Made by a program: the position numbers and the translations under genes. From an uncultured Bacteroidota bacterium (GTDB lineage: Bacteria; Bacteroidota; Ignavibacteria; UBA10030; UBA6906): 64,000 nt of DNA. This document shows positions 1-10,177 of the stretch, piece by piece (position 1 is the stretch's first letter; each line of letters begins with the position of its first letter). The stretch is taken from assembly GCA_963700635.1 (NCBI GenBank), contig CAVOYH010000003.1, forward strand, positions 1,056,001-1,120,000. The letters run 5' to 3'. The notes below the pieces were generated by a model. The model did not search any database. It was not told the DNA's origin and was given only the letters and a program-made list of their open reading frames with translations.

Positions 1-351
1 GATGTAAAAGAGCGCGGAGCGACGCTGTCGGTCGGCCAGAAGCAGCTCATCTCGTTTGCCCGGGCGCTGGCGGTGCACCCCCGCATTCTCGTGCTGGATG
101 AAGCGACCTCCAGCGTTGACACCGAAACAGAACTTCTCGTGCAGAGTGCCATAAAAAAACTTCTCCACGGACGGACCTCCATTGTGATCGCCCATCGTCT
201 GTCCACTATTCAGTCGGCGAACAAGATCCTTGTGATGCATAAGAGCGAGCTCCGCGAGAGCGGTACACATCAGGAGCTTCTTGCCCTCGGGGGACTGTAT
301 TACCGGTTGTATCAATTGCAGTACAAGGATCAGGAACTTCCGGGGCGGTAG
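1..351 (+). CDS. ABC transporter ATP-binding/permease protein, C-terminal part (runs in from the window edge)
   Basis: Frame from base 1 reads [20 protein letters not shown]...[12 protein letters not shown]...IVIAHRLST: ABC signature, Walker B and H-loop of MsbA/MdlB-type exporters. Confidence 0.9.
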   Translation, partial: DVKERGATLSVGQKQLISFARALAVHPRILVLDEATSSVDTETELLVQSAIKKLLHGRTSIVIAHRLSTIQSANKILVMHKSELRESGTHQELLALGGLYYRLYQLQYKDQELPGR

Positions 352-450
352 TACCTGTACGGCTCCATCCGGCCCGGCTCGATGCGCCGGGTTGCATGTC
401 ACCCCATGGATCGGTAGATTCCCACCAGTGTTTACATTCGGAAGGCAACC

Positions 451-1477
451 ATGAACTCGCGAACTCCAATCCCCGTCAAGCTTATGACGCTCGAGCGTCA
501 TATCATCGAAGGCGAACGCAGTCATCCCGGGGCGACCGGTGAATTCTCCGGATTGCTGCACGGCATTTCCCTTGCTGCGAAGCTTGTGTGGCGGGAAGTG
601 ACAAAAGCCGGCCTCGTGAACATCCTGGGCAAGACCGACCGGATGAATATCAGCGGCGATGTGGTTAAAAAACTGGATGAATTTGCCGACCAGATTATCT
701 ACAAGGCGATGGATCATCTCGGCCATCTCTGCGTGATGGCGTCCGAAGAAAACGAGGACTTGCTGCACATTCCCGGACGACTATCCGAACGGAAAGTATG
801 CACTACTCTACGATCCCCTGGATGGATCGGGAAACATCGACGCGAACGTCACCATTGGAACCATCTTCTCGATCTATCGCCGTGTTTCACCGTCCGGTCC
901 GGGGACGATGGAAGATGTGCTTCAGCCCGGCCACAGGCAGGTTGCGGCGGGATATGTGTTGTTCGGCTCGAGCATGATGTTCGTCTACAGTACCGGTCAC
1001 GGTGTACACGGATTCACGTTGGATCCAAGCGTAGGGGAGTTCCTTCTCTCCCATGAAAACATACGCATACCGGAGAAGGGAACGATCTATAGCACCAATG
1101 AAGGAAATGTCGGCCGCTGGTCGCCTGAGATGCAGCGTTACATCCGCTATCTTAAAGAGGAGGACGAAAAGACCGGCCGTCCCTACTCTGCTCGATATAT
1201 CGGCTCACTTGTTGCGGACGTCCACCGTACGATGCTGTACGGAGGGATCTACTGTTACCCCGGCGATACAAAGAATCGCGACGGGAAACTCCGTCTGATG
1301 TACGAAAACAACCCGCTGGCTTTTATTGTGGAAGAGGCGGGCGGGGCCAGCACAAACGGGGTGATACGGACTCTGGATATTCAACCGACCAGTCTTCATG
1401 AACGATCCCCGCTGTTTATCGGCAGCCGGGAAGATGTGCGTGTTGTGCAGGAATTCTTGAAGGGTGGAAAAGCATAG
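451..1477 (+). CDS. fbp: Class I fructose-1,6-bisphosphatase, split by one +1 frameshift near 772-775
   Basis: N-half (451) has VKKLDEFA and MASEE. After CACATTCCCGGAC the other frame reads [32 protein letters not shown], then [13 protein letters not shown] and [11 protein letters not shown] to the stop at 1477. Confidence 0.9.
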
Positions 1478-1515
1478 GTCAGGGTCGGTGGGCTGTATCG
1501 AGGGGGTGTAAAACA

Positions 1516-1555
1516 GACACCCTGCTACAGGGGTCGAGTCCTGCAGCAGGGTGTC
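1516..1555 (-). terminator. Intrinsic terminator hairpin between convergent fbp and cpoB-like genes
   Basis: GACACCCTGCT...AGCAGGGTGTC inverted repeat, followed by TGTTTT on the minus strand. Confidence 0.7.
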
Positions 1556-1582
1556 GGTATGTTTGAAAAGAATGTCGGGTGC

Positions 1583-2272
1583 TTAGTTCAGCTTTGCCAG
1601 CTTTTCACGGGCTTTTTCCACAAGCGGACTGGCCGGAAAATCAGACACAACCTTCTGGAAGGCCTCTTTCGCCGCGCTATTGTTCCCCATCGCAAGATAA
1701 CAGTTTCCTGACATCAGCGTCGCATCGGCTTTTTTTCCAGAACGTTCAAGATTGTTGACACCCTGGAAGTTCTTCAGCGCTTCGCTATAGTTATGGAGCC
1801 CGTAATAGGACTCGCCGATCCAGTAGCGGCAATTATCGGCAAGACTTGCCTCAATGCCACTATCCAGCAACGCACGAAAATCGGCAATGGCTCCCTGATA
1901 GTCACGTGCCCGGAATTTTGCCAGCGCGCCATCATATCCTCCCGCAACGTCAACCGCTGTCTCGACAGGTGTCTCGACCTTCGGGGCGGCCATGGCCTCT
2001 ACCAGCTTTGTCTCCAATTCGGCATTCCGCGCCGTAAGGTTTCTGTTCTCGGCTGAGACGGCTTGCAGTTGATCCTGCATGCGCCTGTTCTCGTTCTGGA
2101 GACTGTCGATGCGGTATTCCATCATTGCCGTGGGAGAAACCTCAGGGGCGCTTTCCCACTCTTCCATCGATTCCTCCGATGAACCACAGCCGAACATGGT
2201 CAGAGATAAGACCAGAATGGCGGCCGGCAAGAGACCGATCAAACCGCTAAACCTTTGTACGTTGCTCCTCAT
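1583..2272 (-). CDS. CpoB/YbgF-like Tol-Pal-associated TPR lipoprotein
   Basis: Lipobox-like MFGC, coiled coil, then the TPR signature LADNCRYWIGESYY...AKEAFQKVVSDFPAS typical of YbgF. Confidence 0.75.
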   Translation of the reverse strand: MRSNVQRFSGLIGLLPAAILVLSLTMFGCGSSEESMEEWESAPEVSPTAMMEYRIDSLQNENRRMQDQLQAVSAENRNLTARNAELETKLVEAMAAPKVETPVETAVDVAGGYDGALAKFRARDYQGAIADFRALLDSGIEASLADNCRYWIGESYYGLHNYSEALKNFQGVNNLERSGKKADATLMSGNCYLAMGNNSAAKEAFQKVVSDFPASPLVEKAREKLAKLN

Positions 2273-2490
2273 GGGGCTTCCTCCTTAAAGGATTATATGT
2301 CCGGTGTGGCGTAAATGTATTAAACAAGGGAGGCAATGTCAAGCAAACCGTTCGAAGGGGAGGATACGCAAAAATGTGTCGTTCTCGTCTTGTCAGGGAG
2401 GGAACCCGTACTCCGGCAACTTGTTATTCAGAGAGGCAATGGGTATATTTTTTGCATTGAGTGATTCGATGGCTGAGGAGGTTCGTGGTT

Positions 2491-4215
2491 ATGAAGAATG
2501 CTTGTTTTGTATGGTTTTTGACGATTTTGCTTGTTCTGCCCGGCTGCTGGATGGGTTCACAGACAGATCCAGCGGAAACCCGCTCCAGATCGGCGGCCGC
2601 ACCCAGGGCCGGTTCTGAAGAAGGAGAGCGGCGGGCTCTGCAGCACTTTGTGGATGGCTCGACGTTTGAAATGAAAGGCGAGCATGCCAAGGCAATTCTG
2701 GAATACCAGGATGCGCTCCGGTACGACCAGGATCCCGCGATCTATTTTGCGATCTCCCGGTGTTACTCTCAGCTCAGCAAACATTCACTTGCCATCGAGG
2801 CCGGGCGCGAGGCCGTTCGCCTGAGTCCGGAGGAGCTGACATACCGCCGGAATCTTGCCGATGTGTCTGCCGCAGCCTTCGATTTTGATGCCGCGGCGGA
2901 ACAGTTTGAAGAGATTGTCAAGCGCGATTCTTCGCAGGTTGATGCCTGGTACAACTTGGCCCGCATCTACCAGATGCGTAAACCTCTCCGGGCGCTTGAG
3001 GTCTATGAGCGGATTGTGGTTCGGTTTGGACCCGAATGGGAAGTCTTGCTGCAGATCGCGGAAATCAACAACAAGATGGGAAAGATGGATCGCGCGGCCT
3101 GGGCGTTACGGCAGATGACCCAGCTCGATCCGAGCAACAAGGAACTCAAAAAGACACTGGCCCAGACGTATGTCCGTGCTTCTCAATTTGACTCCGCGCT
3201 TGCTGTGTATTCGGATTTGCGCGAGATTCATCCGGACGACCTTGCGATTCAGGCGGAGATTGCGGGCGTGTACCTCGCACGCGGCGATTACACCCGCGCG
3301 GCCCGGGAATTTGATACCGTGCTGGTGCGCGACTCTGTGGCTGTCGATGTGAAAGTCCATATCGGCGAGATGTATTTTGCGCAGATGAGCAGAGACTCCA
3401 CGCTGGCACCGGTCACCCGATCAATCTTCCAGCGTATCGCCAGCGCACATCCCGACGACTGGCGCTCATTCTGGTTTCTCGGCGCGATCGGGAGTATCAC
3501 GCGCGACGATTCGCTTACCGTGAACAGTTTTAAGCGCGTCACGGAGCTCGCGAGCTGGAACCCGGACGCCTGGGTGTACCTTTCTTCGGTTTTTCTCGGA
3601 AAGAACAATTTCACCGAAGTGGTTCGTATCCTGGAATCGGCAGTAAAAGTGCTCCCCGATGATTTCCGCGTAAATTTCTTCCTCGGCATCTCGTACAGCC
3701 GGCTCAATCGGAATACGGAAGCGGTCCGGGTTCTTGAACGAGCCCGGGAGCTGAATCCCAAGGACGTTGATGCGGTCGCGCAACTTGCCCTTGTGTATGA
3801 TACCATGAAGCGGTTTGATGACTCGGACGGACTGTACGAGGAAGCCCTCCGGCTGGATCCGGCGAATCATCTTGTGCTGAACAACTATGCCTACAGTCTG
3901 GCCGAACGCGGCTTCCGCCTGGAACGTGCTCTCGAAATGTCCCGGAAAGCGGTCGAGGCGGAGCCCGAGAATGCTTCATATCTTGATACGATAGGCTGGA
4001 TCTATTTCCGCCTCGGACGGTATCACGAGGCGGAATCGTACGTCAAACAGGCGATCAGCAAGGGTGAAGCGAATGCCGTGGTGTATGAACACCTTGGCGA
4101 CATCTACCTGAGTCTCGACCAGAAAGACCTTGCGATCGAACACTGGAACATGGCACTCAAGCTTGACGAGAACAATACCGCCCTGCGCGACAAGATCGCA
4201 CGCGGCACCCAATGA
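2491..4215 (+). CDS. Tetratricopeptide-repeat lipoprotein
   Basis: Lipobox LPGC, many TPR units, C-terminal LNNYAYSLAE...YLDTIGWIYF...EHLGDIY. Confidence 0.85.
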   Translation: MKNACFVWFLTILLVLPGCWMGSQTDPAETRSRSAAAPRAGSEEGERRALQHFVDGSTFEMKGEHAKAILEYQDALRYDQDPAIYFAISRCYSQLSKHSLAIEAGREAVRLSPEELTYRRNLADVSAAAFDFDAAAEQFEEIVKRDSSQVDAWYNLARIYQMRKPLRALEVYERIVVRFGPEWEVLLQIAEINNKMGKMDRAAWALRQMTQLDPSNKELKKTLAQTYVRASQFDSALAVYSDLREIHPDDLAIQAEIAGVYLARGDYTRAAREFDTVLVRDSVAVDVKVHIGEMYFAQMSRDSTLAPVTRSIFQRIASAHPDDWRSFWFLGAIGSITRDDSLTVNSFKRVTELASWNPDAWVYLSSVFLGKNNFTEVVRILESAVKVLPDDFRVNFFLGISYSRLNRNTEAVRVLERARELNPKDVDAVAQLALVYDTMKRFDDSDGLYEEALRLDPANHLVLNNYAYSLAERGFRLERALEMSRKAVEAEPENASYLDTIGWIYFRLGRYHEAESYVKQAISKGEANAVVYEHLGDIYLSLDQKDLAIEHWNMALKLDENNTALRDKIARGTQ

Positions 4216-4976
4216 GAGCCTTGCTCCGGACAGGCATTCTTATTGTCTCCGGTACCATCCTTGCCGGATGTGCGTCAACCAGGCCGGACCTGCCACTGGA
4301 TACGAACCTGGTGTCCGCACCGGAACTGATCCGCCGTGTATCAGAAAACACCGCGGGCATTGTAACGCTCACTGGCTCGGGAAGCGTAAGTTTCGAGAGT
4401 CCGGAACTTGCCGGATCAGTCTTTTTTACCGTGACGATGCGCAAACCGGATTCCATGCTGATCCGGTTCGAAGGACCGTTCGGATTGGATGCCGGTTTCC
4501 TCTTCCTCAGCCGGGCGCGATACGTGATGTATAATAGAATGGAAAACAGGGTGATCTCAGGAGTGCCCTCGGATGCGGGAATCCGGTGGGGAATTCCGCT
4601 GGATCTGACGGTGGATCAGATTCTTGACGCGTTCACCGGCACCTTCACGTTTCCCCATACCATGCCGCCCGCGCAGTACGTGATTGACGGCGACCACTTC
4701 CGGCTGACGTACAACCACTCCTCCGGCGCGGAGTCTTTCTGGGTTGATCCGGCCACATCACTGGTGACCCGGTACGAAAAGTCGGGAACACCGTTCGGAG
4801 TCGTGGCGGAAACGTCGCTCCCCGAAAAACAGGAAAACCACCGCATACCGCGTCAGATTACGCTGGTATTTCCCGAATCGGGCCGGCGGTTGTCCGTGTA
4901 TTATTCCTCCCTCACCGTGAATCCCGGGCATGTCTCGTTTGCCCATGGTATTCCCCGTTCCGCAACATCACCATAG
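4212..4976 (+). CDS. DUF4292-like (LolB-like fold) lipoprotein
   Basis: Lipobox LAGC; MRKPDSMLIRFEGPFG motif; position between a TPR protein and an EnvC-like gene, an arrangement known in Bacteroidota. Confidence 0.65.
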   Translation: MRALLRTGILIVSGTILAGCASTRPDLPLDTNLVSAPELIRRVSENTAGIVTLTGSGSVSFESPELAGSVFFTVTMRKPDSMLIRFEGPFGLDAGFLFLSRARYVMYNRMENRVISGVPSDAGIRWGIPLDLTVDQILDAFTGTFTFPHTMPPAQYVIDGDHFRLTYNHSSGAESFWVDPATSLVTRYEKSGTPFGVVAETSLPEKQENHRIPRQITLVFPESGRRLSVYYSSLTVNPGHVSFAHGIPRSATSP

Positions 4977-6191
4977 ATGCGGACACCGATGAAGGTACTG
5001 ACCCTTTTCTGGTTTCTGATTCTGGTTCTCCTTGTCGCGGCAGGCCAGCCGCTGTATGCCCAGGGGGAGCTCGAGAAGCATCAGGATGAGCTCGAGTCCC
5101 TCCGCACACGGATCCGCGAACTGGAGGCGCGCAGCAAGGAACAGCAGAAGAATGAAACGGAAACCCTTGAGCTGCTCGACACCTACGATCATAAAGCGAC
5201 GCTTCTGCGCAAGCTCATCAGCCGCCTTAAAGCAGATGAGCGCCGTTTGCAGTCCCGCATAGACACCACGCGCCGCAGCACACGATCGTTGGAAGCCCAG
5301 CTCACATTTCTGAAAGATCACTTTGCCAGGTATGTGAGATCTGTCTACAAAGCCGGCCGGAGCCATGACGCCGAACTGCTTTTTGCTTCTTCATCCCTCG
5401 AGCAGTTTGTTGCGCGGAACGAATACCTCAGGCGTTTTAGTGAACAGCGTGTAAAGGACGCGCAGCGAATCCGGGCGAAACAGAAGGAGTATGAAGAAGT
5501 GCAGGCCCGCGCGGAAAAGGAGCTGAGCGAAGAACGCCGACTCCTCGCTGAAAAAGGCGCCGAAGAGGACCGGCTGGTTTCTCTTACGGCCGACCGCCGC
5601 GAGACACTTCTGCGGATTCGCAAAGACCAGAACCTGATCGCCCGGCAGATCCAGCGCCAGATGAAAGCCGCCCGCGAGATGGAACAATTGATAGCACGGC
5701 TTGTAGAATCCGAACGTGTGCGCAAAGAGCACGCGGCGGTGGACCGAAAGCTGCCGCGGACTCCCGAAGTGCCGCGCACAACCGGCCCGTTCGAACTCAA
5801 AAGAGGAAAACTCCCCTGGCCTGTGACAGAAGGGAGTATCGTTGCCCGCTTCGGTCCTCAGCGCCATCCGACACTGCGCACGGTGACGCAAAACACGGGT
5901 GTTGATATCGCTGTCCGTTCGGGCTCTCCCGTCACCGCCGTCGCATCCGGCGAAGTGGCCACCATCTGGTGGCTTCCCTCGTACGGCAACCTGATTATCC
6001 TGAATCATCAGGACGGATACCGGACGGTCTATACGCACCTTGCCGAAATCAACGTCGCGGAAGGGCAGACCATTGCTGAAGGGGAGATGTTAGGAGCCAG
6101 TGGTGATGCGCTGGACGGGCCCCGCCTGCATTTTGAAGTCTGGAAAGACCGCGAAAAACAGAATCCGGAACAATGGCTCACGCGACAATAA
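4977..6191 (+). CDS. Murein hydrolase activator EnvC family (coiled coil + M23/LytM domain)
   Basis: Signal peptide, long coiled coil, then KGKLPWPV-like RGKLPWPV...NTGVDI...YGNLIILNH...LHFEVWK. Confidence 0.85.
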   Translation: MRTPMKVLTLFWFLILVLLVAAGQPLYAQGELEKHQDELESLRTRIRELEARSKEQQKNETETLELLDTYDHKATLLRKLISRLKADERRLQSRIDTTRRSTRSLEAQLTFLKDHFARYVRSVYKAGRSHDAELLFASSSLEQFVARNEYLRRFSEQRVKDAQRIRAKQKEYEEVQARAEKELSEERRLLAEKGAEEDRLVSLTADRRETLLRIRKDQNLIARQIQRQMKAAREMEQLIARLVESERVRKEHAAVDRKLPRTPEVPRTTGPFELKRGKLPWPVTEGSIVARFGPQRHPTLRTVTQNTGVDIAVRSGSPVTAVASGEVATIWWLPSYGNLIILNHQDGYRTVYTHLAEINVAEGQTIAEGEMLGASGDALDGPRLHFEVWKDREKQNPEQWLTRQ

Positions 6192-8821
6192 CACGACGCA
6201 CCATCCTGACTGTCGCCACCACAGCAGCTGTGGCTCTGCTCCTGGTGATCTTCCTCCGGACACCTATGGCGGTGCTGGAAGACGAGGTGACTACCCTCCG
6301 ATACCTGGTGCGCGGCGACCGCACTGCCGACACCAATATTGTGCTTGTGTACATTGATGAAGCCTCGGTGAAAGTGACGGGCTGGCCGGTACGGCGTAAC
6401 TTCCACGCCCTGATGCTGAAGGCCCTCACCGATCTGCGCGTCAGGGCCGTGGGCTGGGAACTCCTGCTCGAAGATCAACGCGTGGAATACCCGGAGTATG
6501 ACGATCTGCTTGCATCGGTACTGTCCACCTCATCACCCGTCGTGCTTACCTGCTATTTCGACTCGCTCGGGACTTCCCCGCCGCACCCGGATACAATCCT
6601 TGATTCCCTTCCCGTGCCATCGTATCCGGCAGTTGTGGCCCCTGTGATGCATGGGCACCGATTACATCTTCCCCTTGGCCAGTTTCGAGCGAATGCGGCA
6701 GGTATGGGACATGTGAACTTTACAGCAACGGGCCGGATTCCGGCGTTTGTGGGCTGGGAGGGCGCTGCAGTGCCGTCGTTCGGAACCGAGCTGGCGCGTG
6801 TCAGTGCGGATGTCGCGCGCGCTGGCGTACACTTCGACGGCAGGCGCGTAACTATGCGCCATGGTACGGCGTTCACAGCGTTTGAGACAAACGAAGAAGG
6901 CGAGGTGACGCTTTGTTATGCCGGACCCCTTTCCTCGTTCACGGCCATCTCTTTTCTTGAAGTTCTGCGCGCGTATGACATGGAGCGAACCGGCCTCCCC
7001 GCTCCACTTCCCGTATTGCGCCTGCGTGACAAGATTGTCCTGGTTGGGGTTGTGGCTGAAGGGCGCGGAGTCTTCTATGATACACCCGTGGATCCCCGTT
7101 TGCCCTCCCTCGGACTCCATGCAACATTCCTGGACAATGCACTGCACTCCGGATTCCTGAACCCGGTGAGCAACTGGATCGTTCTGTTGGCATCGGGTCT
7201 TCTTGCGTTTCTCTGCGCTGTGGCAGTGCTGCTCCTGCCTGCACCCCGTGACAAGGTGGTTCCTCTTCTTCTGATGGCTGGTGCTGTGGCACTGTCGTTC
7301 GCGCTCTTTGCCTGGTTCAGCATCATCCTCCCGGTGCTTCCGTTTCTTGTGGTGGGCGGTGCCGCATCGCTCTCGGGTCTGCTCGCCCGACATCGAATAG
7401 TCCGCGGTCAGGTGGATACCCTTGCTGCGGAAAAAGATGCCGTACTGGCCGATCTCCGTGACAGGGAAGCCAGACTCGACATGCTGGAACGTGAGCTTCT
7501 TGATTACCGGCAGGTACGGAGTGCCGACCGCACGCAGGAATTGCTTGAAGAGATCAGAAAACACAAAGCGGAAATCCGATCCCTTTCATCCCGGGCCGAC
7601 GACATGGTGGAATTTGCGCATCACCAGGCGGCTGACGAACGCGCGGAGTTTGAAGGAATGGTGTTTGCGAAGCACGGACCGATGAGTTCCGTTGTGGATT
7701 TTGTGGCGAAGGTGGCGTCGAGCAATGCGCCCGTGCTGATCCTCGGGGAAAGCGGAACAGGAAAAGAACTTGTTGCCCGTGCGATGCACCGCCGCAGCGC
7801 ACGATCGACCAAACCCTTTATTGCCGTAAACTGCGGCGCTCTGTCAGAGAGTCTTCTGGAGAGCGAGCTGTTCGGACACGAGAAGGGATCCTTCACGGGA
7901 GCTGTCAAAGACAAAATGGGGCGTTTTGAACTCGCCGACGGCGGGACAATCTTCCTGGACGAAATTGGAGAAGTATCCGACGGTTTTCAGGTGAAATTGC
8001 TGCGCGTGCTGCAGGAGGGGGAGGTGGAGCGTGTAGGCGGGACCCGCACACTCAGCCTCGATGTGCGTGTTGTAGCAGCGACGAACAAGAATCTGCGCGA
8101 ACTCGTAAAGGCGAAGAAATTCCGTGAAGACCTCTATTATCGCCTGAACGTCCTGACGGTATCTTTAACCCCTTTGAAAGAACGCCAGGATGACATTCCC
8201 CTCCTTCTTGCACACTTCCTTGCGCGCGAGGGAGAAGGCCTGCGCGTTTCGAAAAATGTGATGGAGGCCCTGCGGGAGCACCCCTGGCCGGGAAACGTCC
8301 GTGAGCTCGAGAGTGTCATCCGACGGGGGAGTGTGCTGGCGAAGGCGGAACGGCGGGATCTGATTCATCTCCAAGACCTGCCGCCAGAAGTTGCCGAGGC
8401 GGTAAAAGGAAAAGTTCCGGTGCAGGAACAGATTCTGGACACGATGAGGGAGTATGGCTTCTCACGCAGCGCAGTATCGGAAACCGCCGCCGGACTGGGT
8501 GGTCTCAACCGCGGGACGGTTGCAGAATATCTCCGGGGGGAGTTCCTGAAAGCGTTTGCCGAACATCAGTTTGACCTTGAAAAGGCGGTATTGCACATTT
8601 CACTCTCATCAGATCCTGCTGTGAACGAACGGGTCCGCAAACGATATGTTGATTACCTCCGGAACATAGCCGAGGGTATGGAAACGTCACGCCCCTGGGA
8701 GGATGTCCGGGGCAGCTTGAAACCCAAAACAAAAAATCTTCCTCAACGGTATCATCTCTTCCTGGAACAGGTTGCAGAGGCATTTTTCCGCAGGCTCTGG
8801 AGTCTACCCCCGACTGCCTGA
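6173..8821 (+). CDS. Membrane-bound sigma-54 enhancer-binding protein with N-terminal CHASE2 sensor domain
   Basis: N-terminal TM; CHASE2 motifs ([41 protein letters not shown]); three TM helices; coiled coil; AAA+ with [50 protein letters not shown]; atypical helical C-terminal extension. Confidence 0.85.
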   Translation: MAHATITRRTILTVATTAAVALLLVIFLRTPMAVLEDEVTTLRYLVRGDRTADTNIVLVYIDEASVKVTGWPVRRNFHALMLKALTDLRVRAVGWELLLEDQRVEYPEYDDLLASVLSTSSPVVLTCYFDSLGTSPPHPDTILDSLPVPSYPAVVAPVMHGHRLHLPLGQFRANAAGMGHVNFTATGRIPAFVGWEGAAVPSFGTELARVSADVARAGVHFDGRRVTMRHGTAFTAFETNEEGEVTLCYAGPLSSFTAISFLEVLRAYDMERTGLPAPLPVLRLRDKIVLVGVVAEGRGVFYDTPVDPRLPSLGLHATFLDNALHSGFLNPVSNWIVLLASGLLAFLCAVAVLLLPAPRDKVVPLLLMAGAVALSFALFAWFSIILPVLPFLVVGGAASLSGLLARHRIVRGQVDTLAAEKDAVLADLRDREARLDMLERELLDYRQVRSADRTQELLEEIRKHKAEIRSLSSRADDMVEFAHHQAADERAEFEGMVFAKHGPMSSVVDFVAKVASSNAPVLILGESGTGKELVARAMHRRSARSTKPFIAVNCGALSESLLESELFGHEKGSFTGAVKDKMGRFELADGGTIFLDEIGEVSDGFQVKLLRVLQEGEVERVGGTRTLSLDVRVVAATNKNLRELVKAKKFREDLYYRLNVLTVSLTPLKERQDDIPLLLAHFLAREGEGLRVSKNVMEALREHPWPGNVRELESVIRRGSVLAKAERRDLIHLQDLPPEVAEAVKGKVPVQEQILDTMREYGFSRSAVSETAAGLGGLNRGTVAEYLRGEFLKAFAEHQFDLEKAVLHISLSSDPAVNERVRKRYVDYLRNIAEGMETSRPWEDVRGSLKPKTKNLPQRYHLFLEQVAEAFFRRLWSLPPTA

Positions 8822-8831
8822 ACCTGTCCAC

Positions 8832-8894
8832 TCCCGCACTTCTATCTGCGGTTCCCGCACTTCCCGCAATCTTAATTATTCCTGGCCTCCCGCA
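8832..8894 (+). promoter_or_regulatory. Candidate upstream activator sequence: four TCCCGCA repeats including a CCGCA-N8-TGCGG dyad
   Basis: TCCCGCA at 8832, 8853, 8862 and 8888; dyad CCGCA(8834-8838)...TGCGG(8847-8851); lies about 65-125 bp upstream of the -24 element. Confidence 0.55.
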
Positions 8895-8956
8895 CAAATC
8901 CCGTTAAGTGGTTGTTCTATAGGCGGTTAACCAGTCTTTCCTCTGACCCCCAAGAT

Positions 8957-8973
8957 CTGGCACAGCGATTGAA
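8957..8973 (+). promoter_or_regulatory. Sigma-54 (-24/-12)-like promoter
   Basis: CTGGCACAGCGATTGAA versus consensus YTGGCACNNNNNTTGCW: correct spacing, one mismatch at -12 (GA for GC); directly downstream of a bEBP gene. Confidence 0.6.
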
Positions 8974-9057
8974 TTACTTTTGGCAGAACAAACGAAGGAA
9001 ACGGAAATGTCCGACAATAGCGTAATCACAAACCACACAAACCGTAGGGAGGGTAGG

Positions 9058-10038
9058 ATGAAAGCATCATTTGTGAAACTGCTGTCAGTCTTCATGCTGA
9101 CCGGTCTGTTTATCGCAGGATGTAACAAAGACTCGGGGCCCGAAGAGGTTGCACCGATCGGCGTAACGAATGAAGAACAGGCGATGAAGTACTTTGCCCT
9201 GAACGACGAGTTTGTTGCGAATGATGAAGAGACCTTCACGGACAAGACCATTGAACCGTTTGACTACGGTACGTTCGGCAAGGTTGAGGCAGGTATAACA
9301 CCATTACGCTGGGGCCGGCTCGTGTCGAGTGTCACCCGCACGGCAACCACCACCATTCAACCCGGCGATACCATCGCCGTCACGCTTGTCGAGAAGAACA
9401 TCATGGGAACACTGAAAATCCGGGCAATCGCACAGAACGGTGATACGGTGACCATAGACAAGCCGTTTAACGACAAATCCACGCGTAATGTTATCTTCAA
9501 GCGTGTCAATCGTAACACCGACAGATACTGGCTGAATTGGGTTCCAGTGGCGACGTCACTTGTTGAGGGTGGAACAGTAGCTCCGAACAATCAGATTGAG
9601 ATTACCAAGGTCGTGTTCTACCTGGCGAACAATGATACGATCACAATTACGGACCCCAACGCATATTATCTGCGTTATCGCTGGCTCAAGCTGTTCAACG
9701 GCGGACGGAACGACGTTCCCGAGCTTGCCTCCGGACAGGCGTTAAAACTCGAGGTAACGCTGGTGTCAGCGTCGGCGGATACTGATTTTGTCGCGCTGCG
9801 CTACGGCATGGGCTCTTCACACCGGAAACGTGTCCGGCTGGCCATGACATCCGAGCTGAACAATGGAAACGGAACGTATACCAGGGTGTTCGAAATCGCG
9901 CGAACAGCCCCACAATATGTCCACTTCCATCGCGGCTTTTTCCATCTGGGCATCGATGCAATAACGCGTACAACGTTGCTTGATGATGTTGCACCGTACA
10001 GTGTGAGCTGGTGGGGGATCCCGTACCGGGTGTTTTAA
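9058..10038 (+). CDS. Uncharacterised beta-rich lipoprotein
   Basis: ATG after GGGAGG; lipobox FIAGC; no family recognised. Confidence 0.75.
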   Translation: MKASFVKLLSVFMLTGLFIAGCNKDSGPEEVAPIGVTNEEQAMKYFALNDEFVANDEETFTDKTIEPFDYGTFGKVEAGITPLRWGRLVSSVTRTATTTIQPGDTIAVTLVEKNIMGTLKIRAIAQNGDTVTIDKPFNDKSTRNVIFKRVNRNTDRYWLNWVPVATSLVEGGTVAPNNQIEITKVVFYLANNDTITITDPNAYYLRYRWLKLFNGGRNDVPELASGQALKLEVTLVSASADTDFVALRYGMGSSHRKRVRLAMTSELNNGNGTYTRVFEIARTAPQYVHFHRGFFHLGIDAITRTTLLDDVAPYSVSWWGIPYRVF

Positions 10039-10055
10039 GCAGTGTTCTGTGGGAG

Positions 10056-10097
10056 CGCCAGGCCCCTCATTCCAGATGTCGGAGTGGGGGGCTGGTG
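10056..10097 (+). other. Intergenic stem-loop (mRNA stabiliser or weak terminator)
   Basis: CGCCAGGCCCCTCATTCC / GGAGTGGGGGGCTGGTG imperfect inverted repeat just after the first lipoprotein gene; no strong U-tract. Confidence 0.45.
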
Positions 10098-10177
10098 TGT
10101 TCCAGAGCATGTGGCATTTCAAGGGAAGATTCTCCTATATTGTTCAGTACACGGGCTTGACAAGATTGAGGCAACGT

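Noticed and set aside
760-800. Programmed frameshift in fbp
   Set aside because: No slippery heptamer or obvious stimulator; an indel error or mutation is simpler.
8831-8900. TCCCGCA repeats as a CRISPR array
   Set aside because: Repeats are only 7-9 bp with irregular spacing and no cas genes are present; position fits enhancer sites better.
8980-9057. N-terminal extension of the first lipoprotein from TTG 8980
   Set aside because: Overlaps the predicted transcription start; ATG 9058 has an RBS and begins a proper signal peptide.
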